Positions 9,075 to 19,019 of a stretch of 64,000 bases of DNA are shown in pieces; the stretch's first letter is position 1, and every line of letters starts with the position of its first letter. The notes under the pieces are model-generated. The model had not been told where the DNA came from. It ran no database searches and worked only from the letters and a program-made list of their open reading frames with translations. The position numbers and the translations under genes are program-made. Source of the stretch: Nitrospirota bacterium (GTDB lineage: Bacteria > Nitrospirota > UBA9217); the NCBI GenBank assembly GCA_963796285.1, contig CAWCKW010000003.1:224001-288000 (forward strand), read 5' to 3'.

Positions 9075-10463
9075 CTACTCTAATCCGTATTTCTTCACCT
9101 GATATCGCAGGGTATCATAGCTGACCTGCAGGAGCTTGGCCGCCTGTGCCTTATTATTTTTCGTCCGCTCAAGCGCCTGCATGATCAGCCCCTTTTCCAC
9201 TTCATCGAGCGATATGCCGGTTTCGGGGAGCGCGAACTTCGCGACCAATGGTTGGCTGACGATGCCTGATTGACCGGTCAACCAGTTCGGCAGATGCTTC
9301 GGGAGGATCTCCTCCGCGCTTTCCAGCACCACAAGCCTTTCCACAAGGTTCCGCAGCTCCCGGACATTTCCCGGCCATGCGTAGGATTCCATGAGTTTTT
9401 CCGATTCCGGCGAGAAGCGTTTTATCGATTTCTTATTATACCGCTGGGCGATGTGCGAGAGAAAATAGCCGGCCACGAGCGGAATGTCCTCTTTCCGTTC
9501 CCTGAGCGGGGGCACATGCAGATAGAAGATGCTCAAGCGGTAGAACAGGTCCATTCTGAATTCGCCTTTTTCCACCGCTTCCGCGAGATTTCTGTTCGTC
9601 GTTGCTATGACCGTCACATCGACGGGGATCTCCTCACTCCCGCCGATCGGTCGTACGGTCCGCTCCTCCAGCACCCGCAGGAGCTTGCCCTGAAGGTTCT
9701 GCTTCATATCGCCGATCTCATCGAGAAGGATCGACCCGCCCTGCGCCATTTCAAACAAGCCCTTCTTGGCCGACCGGGCATCGGTAAACGAGCCCTTTTC
9801 GTATCCGAAGAGCTCGCTCTCAAGGAGGGTCTCGGGCAGGGCCACGCAGTTCAACTTGATGAACGGGGAAAACCCCGACCGACCCTCATCACGGATCAAC
9901 CGGTGGGCATACCGCGCGAACAGTTCCTTCCCGGTCCCGCTCTCCCCGGTGATGAGGAGCGTGGAGACCGAGGCCTCGGCCATCATCTCTATTTTTGACT
10001 TTAATTCCCGCACTGCCGCCGACCCGCCGATGATCTCCTTCTCAAAGACCTCTGACTGCACCTTTCTGAGATAATCGACCTCCTGTTTCAATTGTCCTTT
10101 TTCAATGATGTTGTGGAGAACGATCTTGACCTCATCGACATTGAACGGCTTCGTGAGATAATCCGCGGCGCCAAGCTTCATCGCCTTCACCGCGGTCTCC
10201 GCCGTGTCGTCAGCCGTCAGCATGACGACCTGGAGCGGGAGCTCCTCCTTGACGATCTCTTTCAGGACATCGATGCCGTTCCGGTCGGCGATCCGGATAT
10301 CGAGGAGAACGACGGCGGGGGACCACGCTTTGATCTTGCTCACGATATCGTCCGCATCGGTCGCTGTTCGGACGTCGTATCCACCGTTCTTCAGCACCCG
10401 CGAGAGCATGGAAATAATGAGCTCATCGTCATCAACGAGAAAGATCTTCTCTTTGTTTTTCAT
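9075..10463 (-). CDS. Sigma54-dependent response regulator (NtrC/AtoC family)
   Basis: Receiver; GESGTGKE Walker A; ESELFGYEKGSFTDA (GAFTGA variant); LLDEIG; WPGNVREL; Fis-type HTH. Confidence 0.95.
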   Translation of the reverse strand: MKNKEKIFLVDDDELIISMLSRVLKNGGYDVRTATDADDIVSKIKAWSPAVVLLDIRIADRNGIDVLKEIVKEELPLQVVMLTADDTAETAVKAMKLGAADYLTKPFNVDEVKIVLHNIIEKGQLKQEVDYLRKVQSEVFEKEIIGGSAAVRELKSKIEMMAEASVSTLLITGESGTGKELFARYAHRLIRDEGRSGFSPFIKLNCVALPETLLESELFGYEKGSFTDARSAKKGLFEMAQGGSILLDEIGDMKQNLQGKLLRVLEERTVRPIGGSEEIPVDVTVIATTNRNLAEAVEKGEFRMDLFYRLSIFYLHVPPLRERKEDIPLVAGYFLSHIAQRYNKKSIKRFSPESEKLMESYAWPGNVRELRNLVERLVVLESAEEILPKHLPNWLTGQSGIVSQPLVAKFALPETGISLDEVEKGLIMQALERTKNNKAQAAKLLQVSYDTLRYQVKKYGLE

Positions 10464-12298
10464 ACCGTGTGTACCCTTTCCGGATGTGTCGCCGTGAGGC
10501 TGATTTTAAAGGTGGCGCCTCCGCTTGCGTTCTTTTCGATGCTGATCCTCCCCCCATGGTCCTCGATCAGCCGTTTCGAGATCGCCAGCCCCAATCCGGT
10601 CCCTTTTGATTTCGTCGTGAAAAATGGATGGAAGATCTTGTCCATCATTGCAGCGCTTATTCCCTTGCCCGTATCGGATATTTCCACGCGAATGACCTCG
10701 GCTGTTGCATCGAACAGGGTTTTCATGGTCAGGGTGCCGCCGTCCTGCATGGCGTCAACGGCATTCAGGATCAGGTTCATGAATACCTGCTTCAGCTGCA
10801 TGGGGTCGGCCGTGATCATCGGAAGCCGGCTGTCGAAATCCTTCACAACAGAGATCGTCCGCGAAGACCCCGGCGTGCGGGACTGGTTTTGCAACACCAG
10901 GCCTGATACGCCGGAAAGGACCTCGTTCACATCCGTTTCAACGAATCGGGGCCGGGGCGGGCGGGCAAAACTGAGGAGGCCCTGTATGAGCGATTCTATC
11001 CGCCTGATCTCGTCGATCACTTTTACGAGTACGCCCCGGTCCTCTTCCGGCATGTACGGCTCATTGGAGAGGACCTCGATCGAAACCTTGATGCCGGCAA
11101 GGGGGTTCTTGATCTCGTGCGCGAGACCGGCTGCCAGCTCTCCCACCATCTTGAGCTGTTCGGCCCGCTGCATTTTTTCCTCCGCCTCTTTCCGCGCGGT
11201 GAGGTCGCGATCGATCGCGAGAATATATTTATGGCCCCCGAGTTGGAGCAGGGTGGCGCTGATCTCGATCGGGAACAGCGTGCCGTCTTTTTTTCGATGT
11301 TCGGTCTCTACCTCGAGCACTTCCCCGTTGAGTATGTGCTTGATCCTCTCCGGCGCGCCCGCGGCGAACTCAGGCGTGTCGAGGCTTGCTATGTGCATCC
11401 CCAGGAGTTCCCCGACCGTATAATCGTGCATCGCCGCCGCGGCCGGATTTGCCGCAACGATCCTGCCTGCCTGCGCTCCTTCGGCATCCAGGATAAAGAT
11501 GGAATCCGTCGCGGTTTCAAACAGCAGCCGATAACGCGTTTCGCTTTCCTCGATTTTCTGCAGCTGCTCCCTGAGCGAGCCCGCCATCGCATTAAAGCCG
11601 ACCGCAAGTTCTCCGAATTCGTCCCGGAGCTCTTCGATCCGGAAGCCCAGGTCGCCTGCCTTCAATTTTCTCGTTGCATCGAGGAGGACATGGATCGGCC
11701 CCGTAACGCCCCTGATCACCGTAATGGCCAGTACCGCGATCAGCACGGGACCGGCGGCAACGAGCAGGATCAGGAAGATCCTCGTCTGATGCACTTCCCG
11801 CAGGGCGTTTTCAGTCCGATTGTTGAGCCTCCGGGTGGTCATGACGATCATGGTGTTGATTCTGCTGATAAGTGCATCACTGATGAGGCCGGCGTCTTCC
11901 TGTTCCGCCCGAAACCGGAGGGACTTCGCCTTCAGGGTCAATACGTTGCTTACTGCATGGCCATAGTGGTCGATCTGCTTTTGCAGATCACGAAGTTCCT
12001 CCATCACGTTCTCGCTATGGTGACAATTAAAACAGGTGTTGATGGAATCCCCCATATCGCGTACGTGCCTGGCGACCGCGTCGACACTCTCCGCGTTCTG
12101 TACGCCTTGCGAATACAGGTCCGCCTGTACCTCACGAATATTCAGCAAGAGGCGCTCTCTCAGTAGCTCAACCTGATGGGACGTGATTATTTTTTCGAAC
12201 CGCGATGCGTTGGCATCGATCACGCTGATGAGGTAGACCCCTCCGAGGAGAAAGAGCAGGGACACGACACCGAGGACTATGATGATCTTTTTTTTCAT
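10460..12298 (-). CDS. Sensor histidine kinase with periplasmic c-heme motif, HAMP and PAS domains
   Basis: Two TMs flanking a periplasmic region containing CFNCHH; HAMP; PAS; LAHEIKNPL H-box; N, G1, F and G2 boxes; 4-nt overlap with the regulator. Confidence 0.93.
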   Translation of the reverse strand: MKKKIIIVLGVVSLLFLLGGVYLISVIDANASRFEKIITSHQVELLRERLLLNIREVQADLYSQGVQNAESVDAVARHVRDMGDSINTCFNCHHSENVMEELRDLQKQIDHYGHAVSNVLTLKAKSLRFRAEQEDAGLISDALISRINTMIVMTTRRLNNRTENALREVHQTRIFLILLVAAGPVLIAVLAITVIRGVTGPIHVLLDATRKLKAGDLGFRIEELRDEFGELAVGFNAMAGSLREQLQKIEESETRYRLLFETATDSIFILDAEGAQAGRIVAANPAAAAMHDYTVGELLGMHIASLDTPEFAAGAPERIKHILNGEVLEVETEHRKKDGTLFPIEISATLLQLGGHKYILAIDRDLTARKEAEEKMQRAEQLKMVGELAAGLAHEIKNPLAGIKVSIEVLSNEPYMPEEDRGVLVKVIDEIRRIESLIQGLLSFARPPRPRFVETDVNEVLSGVSGLVLQNQSRTPGSSRTISVVKDFDSRLPMITADPMQLKQVFMNLILNAVDAMQDGGTLTMKTLFDATAEVIRVEISDTGKGISAAMMDKIFHPFFTTKSKGTGLGLAISKRLIEDHGGRISIEKNASGGATFKISLTATHPERVHTV

Positions 12299-12486
12299 GA
12301 TTCAAGGGGAACGGTACGGCGCCTTGCTGCGAGGAGAATACACAACCAGAACAGTACTGCTATTCTGTAGTTTTGGGCCATCCGGTTTCGTGCGGTTTGC
12401 CCACCCACTGAACAAAGGCGTTCAGATCGAAGGGCTGGTCAAATAACTCCTTTGAAGGGTTTCATCCGGGATATTCTTGATGAAAT

Positions 12487-12882
12487 ATGAAGAAAACCAC
12501 TGACATTGTAACCCAGATGGCCAGGGCTGTCAACCCAAAGTATGCCGCTGACGCCTTGAATTCCCTTGAATTCCCGTGCTTGCATGCGCTTTCCGTTTTT
12601 GTTATAATCCGCACACCTCAGCGGCAATGCATTCGCATGACCGGCGCCCGGACTGGCAGTTCTCCAGGAGACGTCGGAACGCCCTTGCCGCACCACAAGA
12701 ATGGAGCCATGACCCTGCCGAATACCGATCCCTCTGCAGGGTGCACGACGGAAAACAGGTTTGACGACTTTTTCCTGGATGAAGTATGCCGATCACTCAA
12801 CACGAGCCTGTTCAATTACCGGGTGAGAAAGCTGAGGTGGTCCCGGTCGATGATGCAAGCGGAGAAGATGCCTCCGGCGTGA
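12487..12882 (+). CDS. Hypothetical protein (uncertain; may start at ATG 12709)
   Basis: Longest ORF in the divergent intergenic region; no recognisable motif. Confidence 0.25.
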   Translation: MKKTTDIVTQMARAVNPKYAADALNSLEFPCLHALSVFVIIRTPQRQCIRMTGARTGSSPGDVGTPLPHHKNGAMTLPNTDPSAGCTTENRFDDFFLDEVCRSLNTSLFNYRVRKLRWSRSMMQAEKMPPA

Positions 12883-13016
12883 GCCATTGCCCGCTCCACA
12901 CATGACCGCCTTGCCAGGTTATCATAGCTTTCAAGATCAGTATATTGTAAAACACTATCGTGCACCCCAATACGTCAAACAAGGATCCGCGTGTGAACAT
13001 GCCCGTCAACAAGGCA

Positions 13017-13706
13017 ATGAAGCTCAGCATCGTCATCCCCTGTTATAATGAAAAAAACACGATCGCGGACATCATCCGCGCGGTCCGTTCATCTCCCGTT
13101 GAACATAAGGAGATCATCGTCGTTGATGACTGCTCGACGGACGGCACGAGAGACCTCCTCGCAACCACCATTGGGCCCCTCGCTGATAAAGTGATCTATC
13201 ATGAATACAATCGGGGAAAAGGCGCCGCACTGCGCACCGGCATTGCGGCGGCAATCGGTGACATCATCATCATTCAGGATGCCGATCTCGAATATGACCC
13301 GCAGGAGTACCCCCTGCTGCTGGAGCCGATCCTCACGGGGAAGGCCGATGTGGTCTTCGGCTCGCGGTTCATGGGAAGCAGGCCGCACCGCGTCCTGTAT
13401 TACTGGCACTCCCTGGGGAACTGGGCACTCACAACACTGTCGAACATGTTGACGAACATCAACCTGACGGACATGGAGACCTGCTACAAGGCATTCAGGC
13501 GGGAGATCATTCAAAATATATCGATCGAGGAGGACCGTTTCGGGTTCGAGCCGGAGATAACGGCAAAGGTCGCGAAGATGGGCTGCCGGATCTATGAAGT
13601 GGGCATCTCCTATTATGGAAGAAACTACGCGGAAGGCAAAAAGATCGGATGGAAAGACGGGTTTCGAGCCATTTACTGCATTTTGAAATATAACCTCTTC
13701 CGGTAA
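13017..13706 (+). CDS. GT2 polyprenyl-phosphate glycosyltransferase (DPM1/GtrB-like)
   Basis: [44 protein letters not shown] and FGFEPEIT motifs. Confidence 0.93.
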   Translation: MKLSIVIPCYNEKNTIADIIRAVRSSPVEHKEIIVVDDCSTDGTRDLLATTIGPLADKVIYHEYNRGKGAALRTGIAAAIGDIIIIQDADLEYDPQEYPLLLEPILTGKADVVFGSRFMGSRPHRVLYYWHSLGNWALTTLSNMLTNINLTDMETCYKAFRREIIQNISIEEDRFGFEPEITAKVAKMGCRIYEVGISYYGRNYAEGKKIGWKDGFRAIYCILKYNLFR

Positions 13707-13720
13707 CCTTTCAGAAATTC

Positions 13721-14107
13721 ATGACAAAAAGGACATCAGTACAACTGATCAAATATGTGGGTGTCGGCGGAACCGCTGCGCTTGTTGAATGGACAAGTTT
13801 TGCCTTGCTGATCAGGGCCGCGCGGTTACACTACCTGGCCGCTGTGACCGTAAGTTTCATACTAGCGACTGCGGTCAATTACCTCCTCAGCTCCCTTTTT
13901 GTGTTCGTACGCGGCAGACACCCTGCTCATAAGGAACTGATCTTGCTTTACGTGGTCAGCGCGATCGGCCTGTTCCTGAATCTGCTTCTGATGTCACTAT
14001 TCGTAGGACTTTTTGCAATGCAGACAATGCCATCGAAGATAGCAGCGACCGGTATTGTTTTTTTCTGGAATTTCGGTTCGCGAAAAATGTGGGTATTTGA
14101 AAAATAG
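13721..14107 (+). CDS. GtrA-family lipid-linked sugar flippase
   Basis: 128 aa, four TMs, KYVGVGGTAALVE / NYLLSSLFVF / SKIAAT..VFFWNF. Confidence 0.9.
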   Translation: MTKRTSVQLIKYVGVGGTAALVEWTSFALLIRAARLHYLAAVTVSFILATAVNYLLSSLFVFVRGRHPAHKELILLYVVSAIGLFLNLLLMSLFVGLFAMQTMPSKIAATGIVFFWNFGSRKMWVFEK

Positions 14108-14168
14108 TATGCTGTCGTGTGTACATACCACCCCTCATTTCGCACACAAGGAATCCTGTCCGATTACT

Positions 14169-14453
14169 CTAAGCTGAACATACAAGCCCCATATGCTCCT
14201 TTCCACGCTTGCTACGGAATTCGGATATCAGCTTCACGTCTTCCATTACCGCACCGATGTCGCCGCTTATCTTGCGCAGGTTTTCGGGCGTGCCTTTCAA
14301 GTCCACCAGCGCTGCGTTCACGTTGCTCTCCGTGTTCTTCAGGAACGCGCTAACCGAATCGTTCGTCTTCTTCATGCTCATGAGGTAAACGATATTAAAC
14401 GCAACGTACGCGACGAACGCTGCGACTCCGATTCCCGGAATGACCTTGTTCAT
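14169..14453 (-). CDS. DUF948-like TM + coiled-coil protein (C-terminus may be frameshifted)
   Basis: AAGGAG RBS; N-terminal TM followed by heptad-like helix. Confidence 0.5.
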   Translation of the reverse strand: MNKVIPGIGVAAFVAYVAFNIVYLMSMKKTNDSVSAFLKNTESNVNAALVDLKGTPENLRKISGDIGAVMEDVKLISEFRSKRGKEHMGLVCSA

Positions 14454-14990
14454 ACAGTCTCCTTTTTGTACAAGCATGGTACACTTGGACTGCCGCAGGT
14501 TCCAGCATGTCGGGGACAGGGAAAACCAAGCAGGGCTAAATATCATCGCTAAATTAATTGGTTTAAACTGTTATTTGTTTTCAAAATGACGTGTGACTCG
14601 TCAGAACAACTTTGGTGAAATATACTGTCCCCAGGCAGGAGCTATCGGTGAAAATACCCTGTTAGAAAACATCGAGCGACCCTTGACCCCCCAAGCGGTG
14701 AATGACCTTCCTGATTAAGAAGCACCCTTTTGTGATTTGAATCACTTTATTGCTTGACCTGTCCTTTTAAAATAAGCGCCCGAATAAAATAATTTTCGCC
14801 AAATGTGCGGACAAGATATATGCGCGTAGGAATAAGATGGCTTCTAAGAGGTTCGTGAGCGTTCAGTTAGTAAATCCCGCAAGCGGTTCAATCGATTGTT
14901 AGCGACAAGATTAAGGCTCCTTTTGCTCGCTACCGGTATGAATAATGTGAATTAATATTTCTTAATTATGGATTATGGGAGATATATCGC

Positions 14991-16795
14991 ATGAGATTTT
15001 ATCAAAAAATGTTTGAAATGGTTGTGTTGTTTTTCTCAGTATCCATTTTACTCTCCTCGTGTGGAGGAGGGGGGGGGAGGCAATGACGCCGGCACATCAG
15101 CCAGGCAGGCTGTCACAGCCGTTGCAGGCACGGTAACGCTTGCCTGGGATGCTCCCACAACAAACACCGATGGAACGCCTCTTACTGACCTTGCGGGTTA
15201 CAAAATATACTATGGACCAACGTCCGGCAGCTATACGAACACTCTTGATGTCGGCAATGTGACGACGTCCGTAGTAAACAATCTCACCGATGGACTTACC
15301 TATTATTTTACGGTTTCCGCTTATAATTCCGCAGGTGTTGAAAGCAGTTTTTCAAATGAAGTCAGTAAAACGCTGCCCTCTACTCAATCAACCCTGACGA
15401 CCTTTACAATAACAGCAACGGCAGATATCGGCGGCACGATTACGCCTGCCGGCACAACAGGGGTAAACTATGGCGCGAACCAGACGTTCACCATAGCACC
15501 AGGCGCAGGCTATTATGTCGCAACGGTGCTCGTCGACGGCGTGTCAAAGGGAGCAGTCACCACGTACACCTTTACCAGCGTAACAGCGAACCACACCATA
15601 GCAGCGAGCTTCGCAATCAATAATACCTATACCATCACCGCCAGCGCGGGTACGGGCGGCGCGATCTCACCGTCTGGGGCTGTTTCGGCAAACTACGGTG
15701 GAAACGCAATCTTCTCGATAACGCCGAATGCCGGCTATAGCATAACAGATGTCAAGGTAGACGGGGTTTCCATAGGGGCCGTGACCACATACACCTTTAC
15801 GAATGTAACGGCCGCACACACCATAGCGGCGACATTCGCACAGAACCCCCCATCCACCGATCACGGCGTCGGCCGCAAATTCAGACAACAGCCTTCCAGT
15901 CCACGGCAGCATCTCTTCAGCAGGCAAGACGACAGTAAGAAAAGGGGACAGCCTGACCATCACCATAGCACCTGACCCGCAGTACGAGGTGTACAGCGTG
16001 CTTGTTGACGGCACCCAGAGAGGGGCAATAACCAGCTATACCTTTAACAACATCACACAGAGCCACACCATAACAGCATACTTCAGGCTGATAACCTATT
16101 CCGTCACGGCGACATCGGATATTCACGGGACCATCAGTCCCGCGGGTACCACCGTGTTAAGCATTGGCGCCAGCGGGACCTATGCCATCTCTCCCCTGCC
16201 GGGATATCATACTGCGAATGTTCTTGTTGATGGCGTAGCAGTCGGTGCGGTGGCCACCTACACGTTCACCGCTATAGCGGCCAACCACACCATCGCGGCA
16301 ACCTTTGCAGAGAATCCATCGTACACGATCACTGCTCCCGATGATCTTCAAGTCCTCGGGCTGCATGGCAGTATATCGCCGTCAGGCATCAGCACCGTGC
16401 TGGGCGGTACTGACAAACTGTTCACCATTGTCGCGGCTGCAGGATACCGGGTCCTCGATGTGCTTGTTGATGGTTCATCAGTCGGTGCAGTGGCCTCTTA
16501 TACCTTCAAGAATATCCAGGCAAACCACACCATCAGCTCAACCTATGTGCCGGATCTTTATACCATCACGTCCACGGCCGCCAATGCGGACAATAGTGTT
16601 CCTGCCCATGGGACCATCACCCCGCTCGGCAAAATATCGGTGAACAAGGGCGCAAGCCTTACGTTCTTAATCACACCCGACCCGGGATACCAGGTGTCGA
16701 GCGTGATCGTCAACGGTACTCAAAGGGGTGCAATAACCACCTATACGTTTGATAACATCACGGCTAATTCCACCATCGACGTGTATTTCAAATAA
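14991..16795 (+). CDS. Surface lipoprotein: FN3 domain plus about six Thr-rich divergent InlB-B/bacterial repeats; two frameshifts
   Basis: ATG 14991 gives MRFYQKMFEMVVLFFSVSILLSSC (lipobox), shifting in a G9 run (15069-15077). VTLAWDAP..GYKIYYG..YYFTVSAYN is FN3; repeats TITA....GTISP.G...FTI.P..GY....VLVDG...GA..TYTF..V.ANHTI.A.F follow; second shift near 15850-15860. Confidence 0.8.
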
Positions 16796-16820
16796 ACCCC
16801 TCTCGATTGCAGTTGTGGAG

Positions 16821-16851
16821 AAGGCCAGACAGATATGTCTGGCCTTTTTTT
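16821..16851 (+). terminator. Intrinsic terminator
   Basis: aaggccagaca-gata-tgtctggcctt followed by a T run. Confidence 0.85.
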
Positions 16852-17166
16852 ATAGCATCGCCGTCGTCTGTGGAGGACGTGTCTCAATCTTCATATCGAA
16901 AAAAAATGTAGCCAAGCTGCCGCAGGCGGATGCAGGTTAAACGTCTCTCCCGCATGGAAAGCGGCAGTCATTTATGAAAGCACTGTCGGTCTTGCCGTCC
17001 TCCCGACGAAATGTTAGTATATGAACTTGTCAAAGCTGCAGTCAGAAAAGATCTCCTTCTCCCATTCGCCATAATTTAGGGGTGGACGGTCGAATGCCCT
17101 GTAGTATATTATGTGGACGAAAAGGGAGAATATATCCAACCCTTGCAAAGGCCCCGGAGGTCGTGA

Positions 17167-17991
17167 GTGTCTTTAAAAAATACAGCATGGGGATTTGCCC
17201 CCGGTAATGATGCGGGCAGGCAGATCAAATCCGCGCCACTGGTGATGAGAACACTCATGGTCGCGATCCTGCTGGCGTCCCTGGTTGTAACCTTCTGGAG
17301 AAACGCGACATATCGGACCGAAGTTTCCCTTTGGGAAGATGTTGTGGCTAAGAGCCCGGGAAAAGCCAGGCCCCACAGCAACCTGGGAGGCCCTCTCGTC
17401 GCAGCCGGCCGCTATGACGAGGCGTTACGGGAATTTTACGCCGCGCTGAATATCGACCCCGGCTACGCCGAGGCCCATTACAATCTCGGGAACACCCTTG
17501 GCAATATGGGAAGATATGAGGAGGCGGAGCGTGAACTCCGGACCGCAACGAATCTCGCACCCCGTTACTTTAAGGCATACCTCTGCCTCGGATCGATCTA
17601 TGCAAAAACGGACCGTGATGAAGAAGCGATGCGTGAATTCGATCGGGCCGGAGCGCTGAACCCGAAAGACCCCGGCACGTATTATAATCGCGGGGAACTG
17701 TACGCTCGACGGGGACGGTACGAGGACGCGATTCGCGAATATCAAGAGGCGATCCAGAGATCACCTGAGTTCGTGCAGGCCAGGAATAATCTCGGCGCAC
17801 TCTATGGAAAACTGGGGCGCTATGAATCAGCGCTTGAGGAGTTCAAGGCCGCGGTCCGCCTTAATCCCGACGATATCGGCGCGCATTACAACCTTGGGCT
17901 GATCTATGGAAAACTGGGCCGTCCCGAGGAGGGCGCCCGGGAATTCGAGGAGTTCAGGCGATTGAATGCCCTTCGGGAGCGGGTTCCGTGA
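17167..17991 (+). CDS. Membrane-anchored TPR protein (TMTC-like C-terminal half only); start uncertain
   Basis: Single TM, then RN..Y..EVSLWEDVVAKSPGKARPHSNLG and about six TPRs. Confidence 0.85.
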   Translation: MSLKNTAWGFAPGNDAGRQIKSAPLVMRTLMVAILLASLVVTFWRNATYRTEVSLWEDVVAKSPGKARPHSNLGGPLVAAGRYDEALREFYAALNIDPGYAEAHYNLGNTLGNMGRYEEAERELRTATNLAPRYFKAYLCLGSIYAKTDRDEEAMREFDRAGALNPKDPGTYYNRGELYARRGRYEDAIREYQEAIQRSPEFVQARNNLGALYGKLGRYESALEEFKAAVRLNPDDIGAHYNLGLIYGKLGRPEEGAREFEEFRRLNALRERVP

Positions 17992-18941
17992 AGACTGGTA
18001 CTGCGATCGAGCCGAAAAAAGCAGGCAAGGGTGAACTGGCCATCCTGTTCGTTCTGGGATGCGTCGTCCTTTTGCTCGCCGCCGCGTCATTCATGCGAAA
18101 CATGACCTGGCGCAGCGATCTCACTCTGTGGGAGGATGTGATCAGCAAAAGTCCGGACAGGACCCGGGCGCATTACGCGGTCGGACTCTTCTACCAGAAT
18201 CAGGAGAATTTCGCCGAGGCAATCAGGGAATACCAGACGGTCCTCGGTCTGGATCCCTCTTATGACAAAGCGCGCGATAATCTCGGCGTGGTCTATGGGA
18301 AGCTGGGCCGTTTTGAGGAAGCCAAAGAGGAGTTCCTGAATGTCCTTCGGCAAAATCCACGCGATGCAGCTGCGCACGGCAATCTGGGCGCTGTCTACGT
18401 AAAGCAGGGCCGTCTGGACGACGCGCTGGCGGAATATCGAAGCGTTCTTGAGTCCGACCCCGTCGATCCTGCGGCGCATTACGGGCTGGGCAACGTCTAC
18501 CAGGAAATGGGACGCATGGACGAGGCTGTCCGGGAATATCAGACAACACTGGCGCTCAAGCCCGACAATGCCGAAGCGAGAAACAACCTGGGCATGCTCT
18601 ACGGAAGCCGGGGCAACTGGACGGCAGCCATACAGGAGTTTCAGGCGGCAATACGTTATCAGCCCGATGGCACCGAGGCATACAACAATCTGGGGATTGT
18701 CTATGCAAAGCAGGGCCGGTTCGATGACGCCGTCGGTATGTTTCGGCAAGCACTCCTGCATGGGCGGGAAAGCGCTGAAATTCACAACAATATAGGCATG
18801 GTTTACCGTCTTGCGGGGCGGTATGAAGACGCCCTCACGGAGTTCCGGACTGCCCTGCGGATCGACCCCGGCCATGCGGCGGCACGCTCTTCCCTGGAAC
18901 AGTTGTCGCAGGTGTTGCGGGAGAAGAACCTCTCGCGTTAA
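17988..18941 (+). CDS. Membrane-anchored TPR protein (TMTC-like C-terminal half only)
   Basis: TM, RNMTWRSDLTLWEDVISKSP, about seven TPRs; GTGA overlap with the previous gene. Confidence 0.87.
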   Translation: MKTGTAIEPKKAGKGELAILFVLGCVVLLLAAASFMRNMTWRSDLTLWEDVISKSPDRTRAHYAVGLFYQNQENFAEAIREYQTVLGLDPSYDKARDNLGVVYGKLGRFEEAKEEFLNVLRQNPRDAAAHGNLGAVYVKQGRLDDALAEYRSVLESDPVDPAAHYGLGNVYQEMGRMDEAVREYQTTLALKPDNAEARNNLGMLYGSRGNWTAAIQEFQAAIRYQPDGTEAYNNLGIVYAKQGRFDDAVGMFRQALLHGRESAEIHNNIGMVYRLAGRYEDALTEFRTALRIDPGHAAARSSLEQLSQVLREKNLSR

Positions 18942-19019
18942 TCTCGAATCGGGACTGCTTTTCTCAGAGAGAGTCTCCGCAGGCCGGCAACCTCCGGGGA
19001 GAAGAAAGGACAGGATTTC

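Noticed and set aside
12360-12405. Second GEMM riboswitch on the minus strand (GGGCAAACCGCACGAAA...)
   Set aside because: The stem around GAAA does not pair and the GGGACGCAAAG element is missing.
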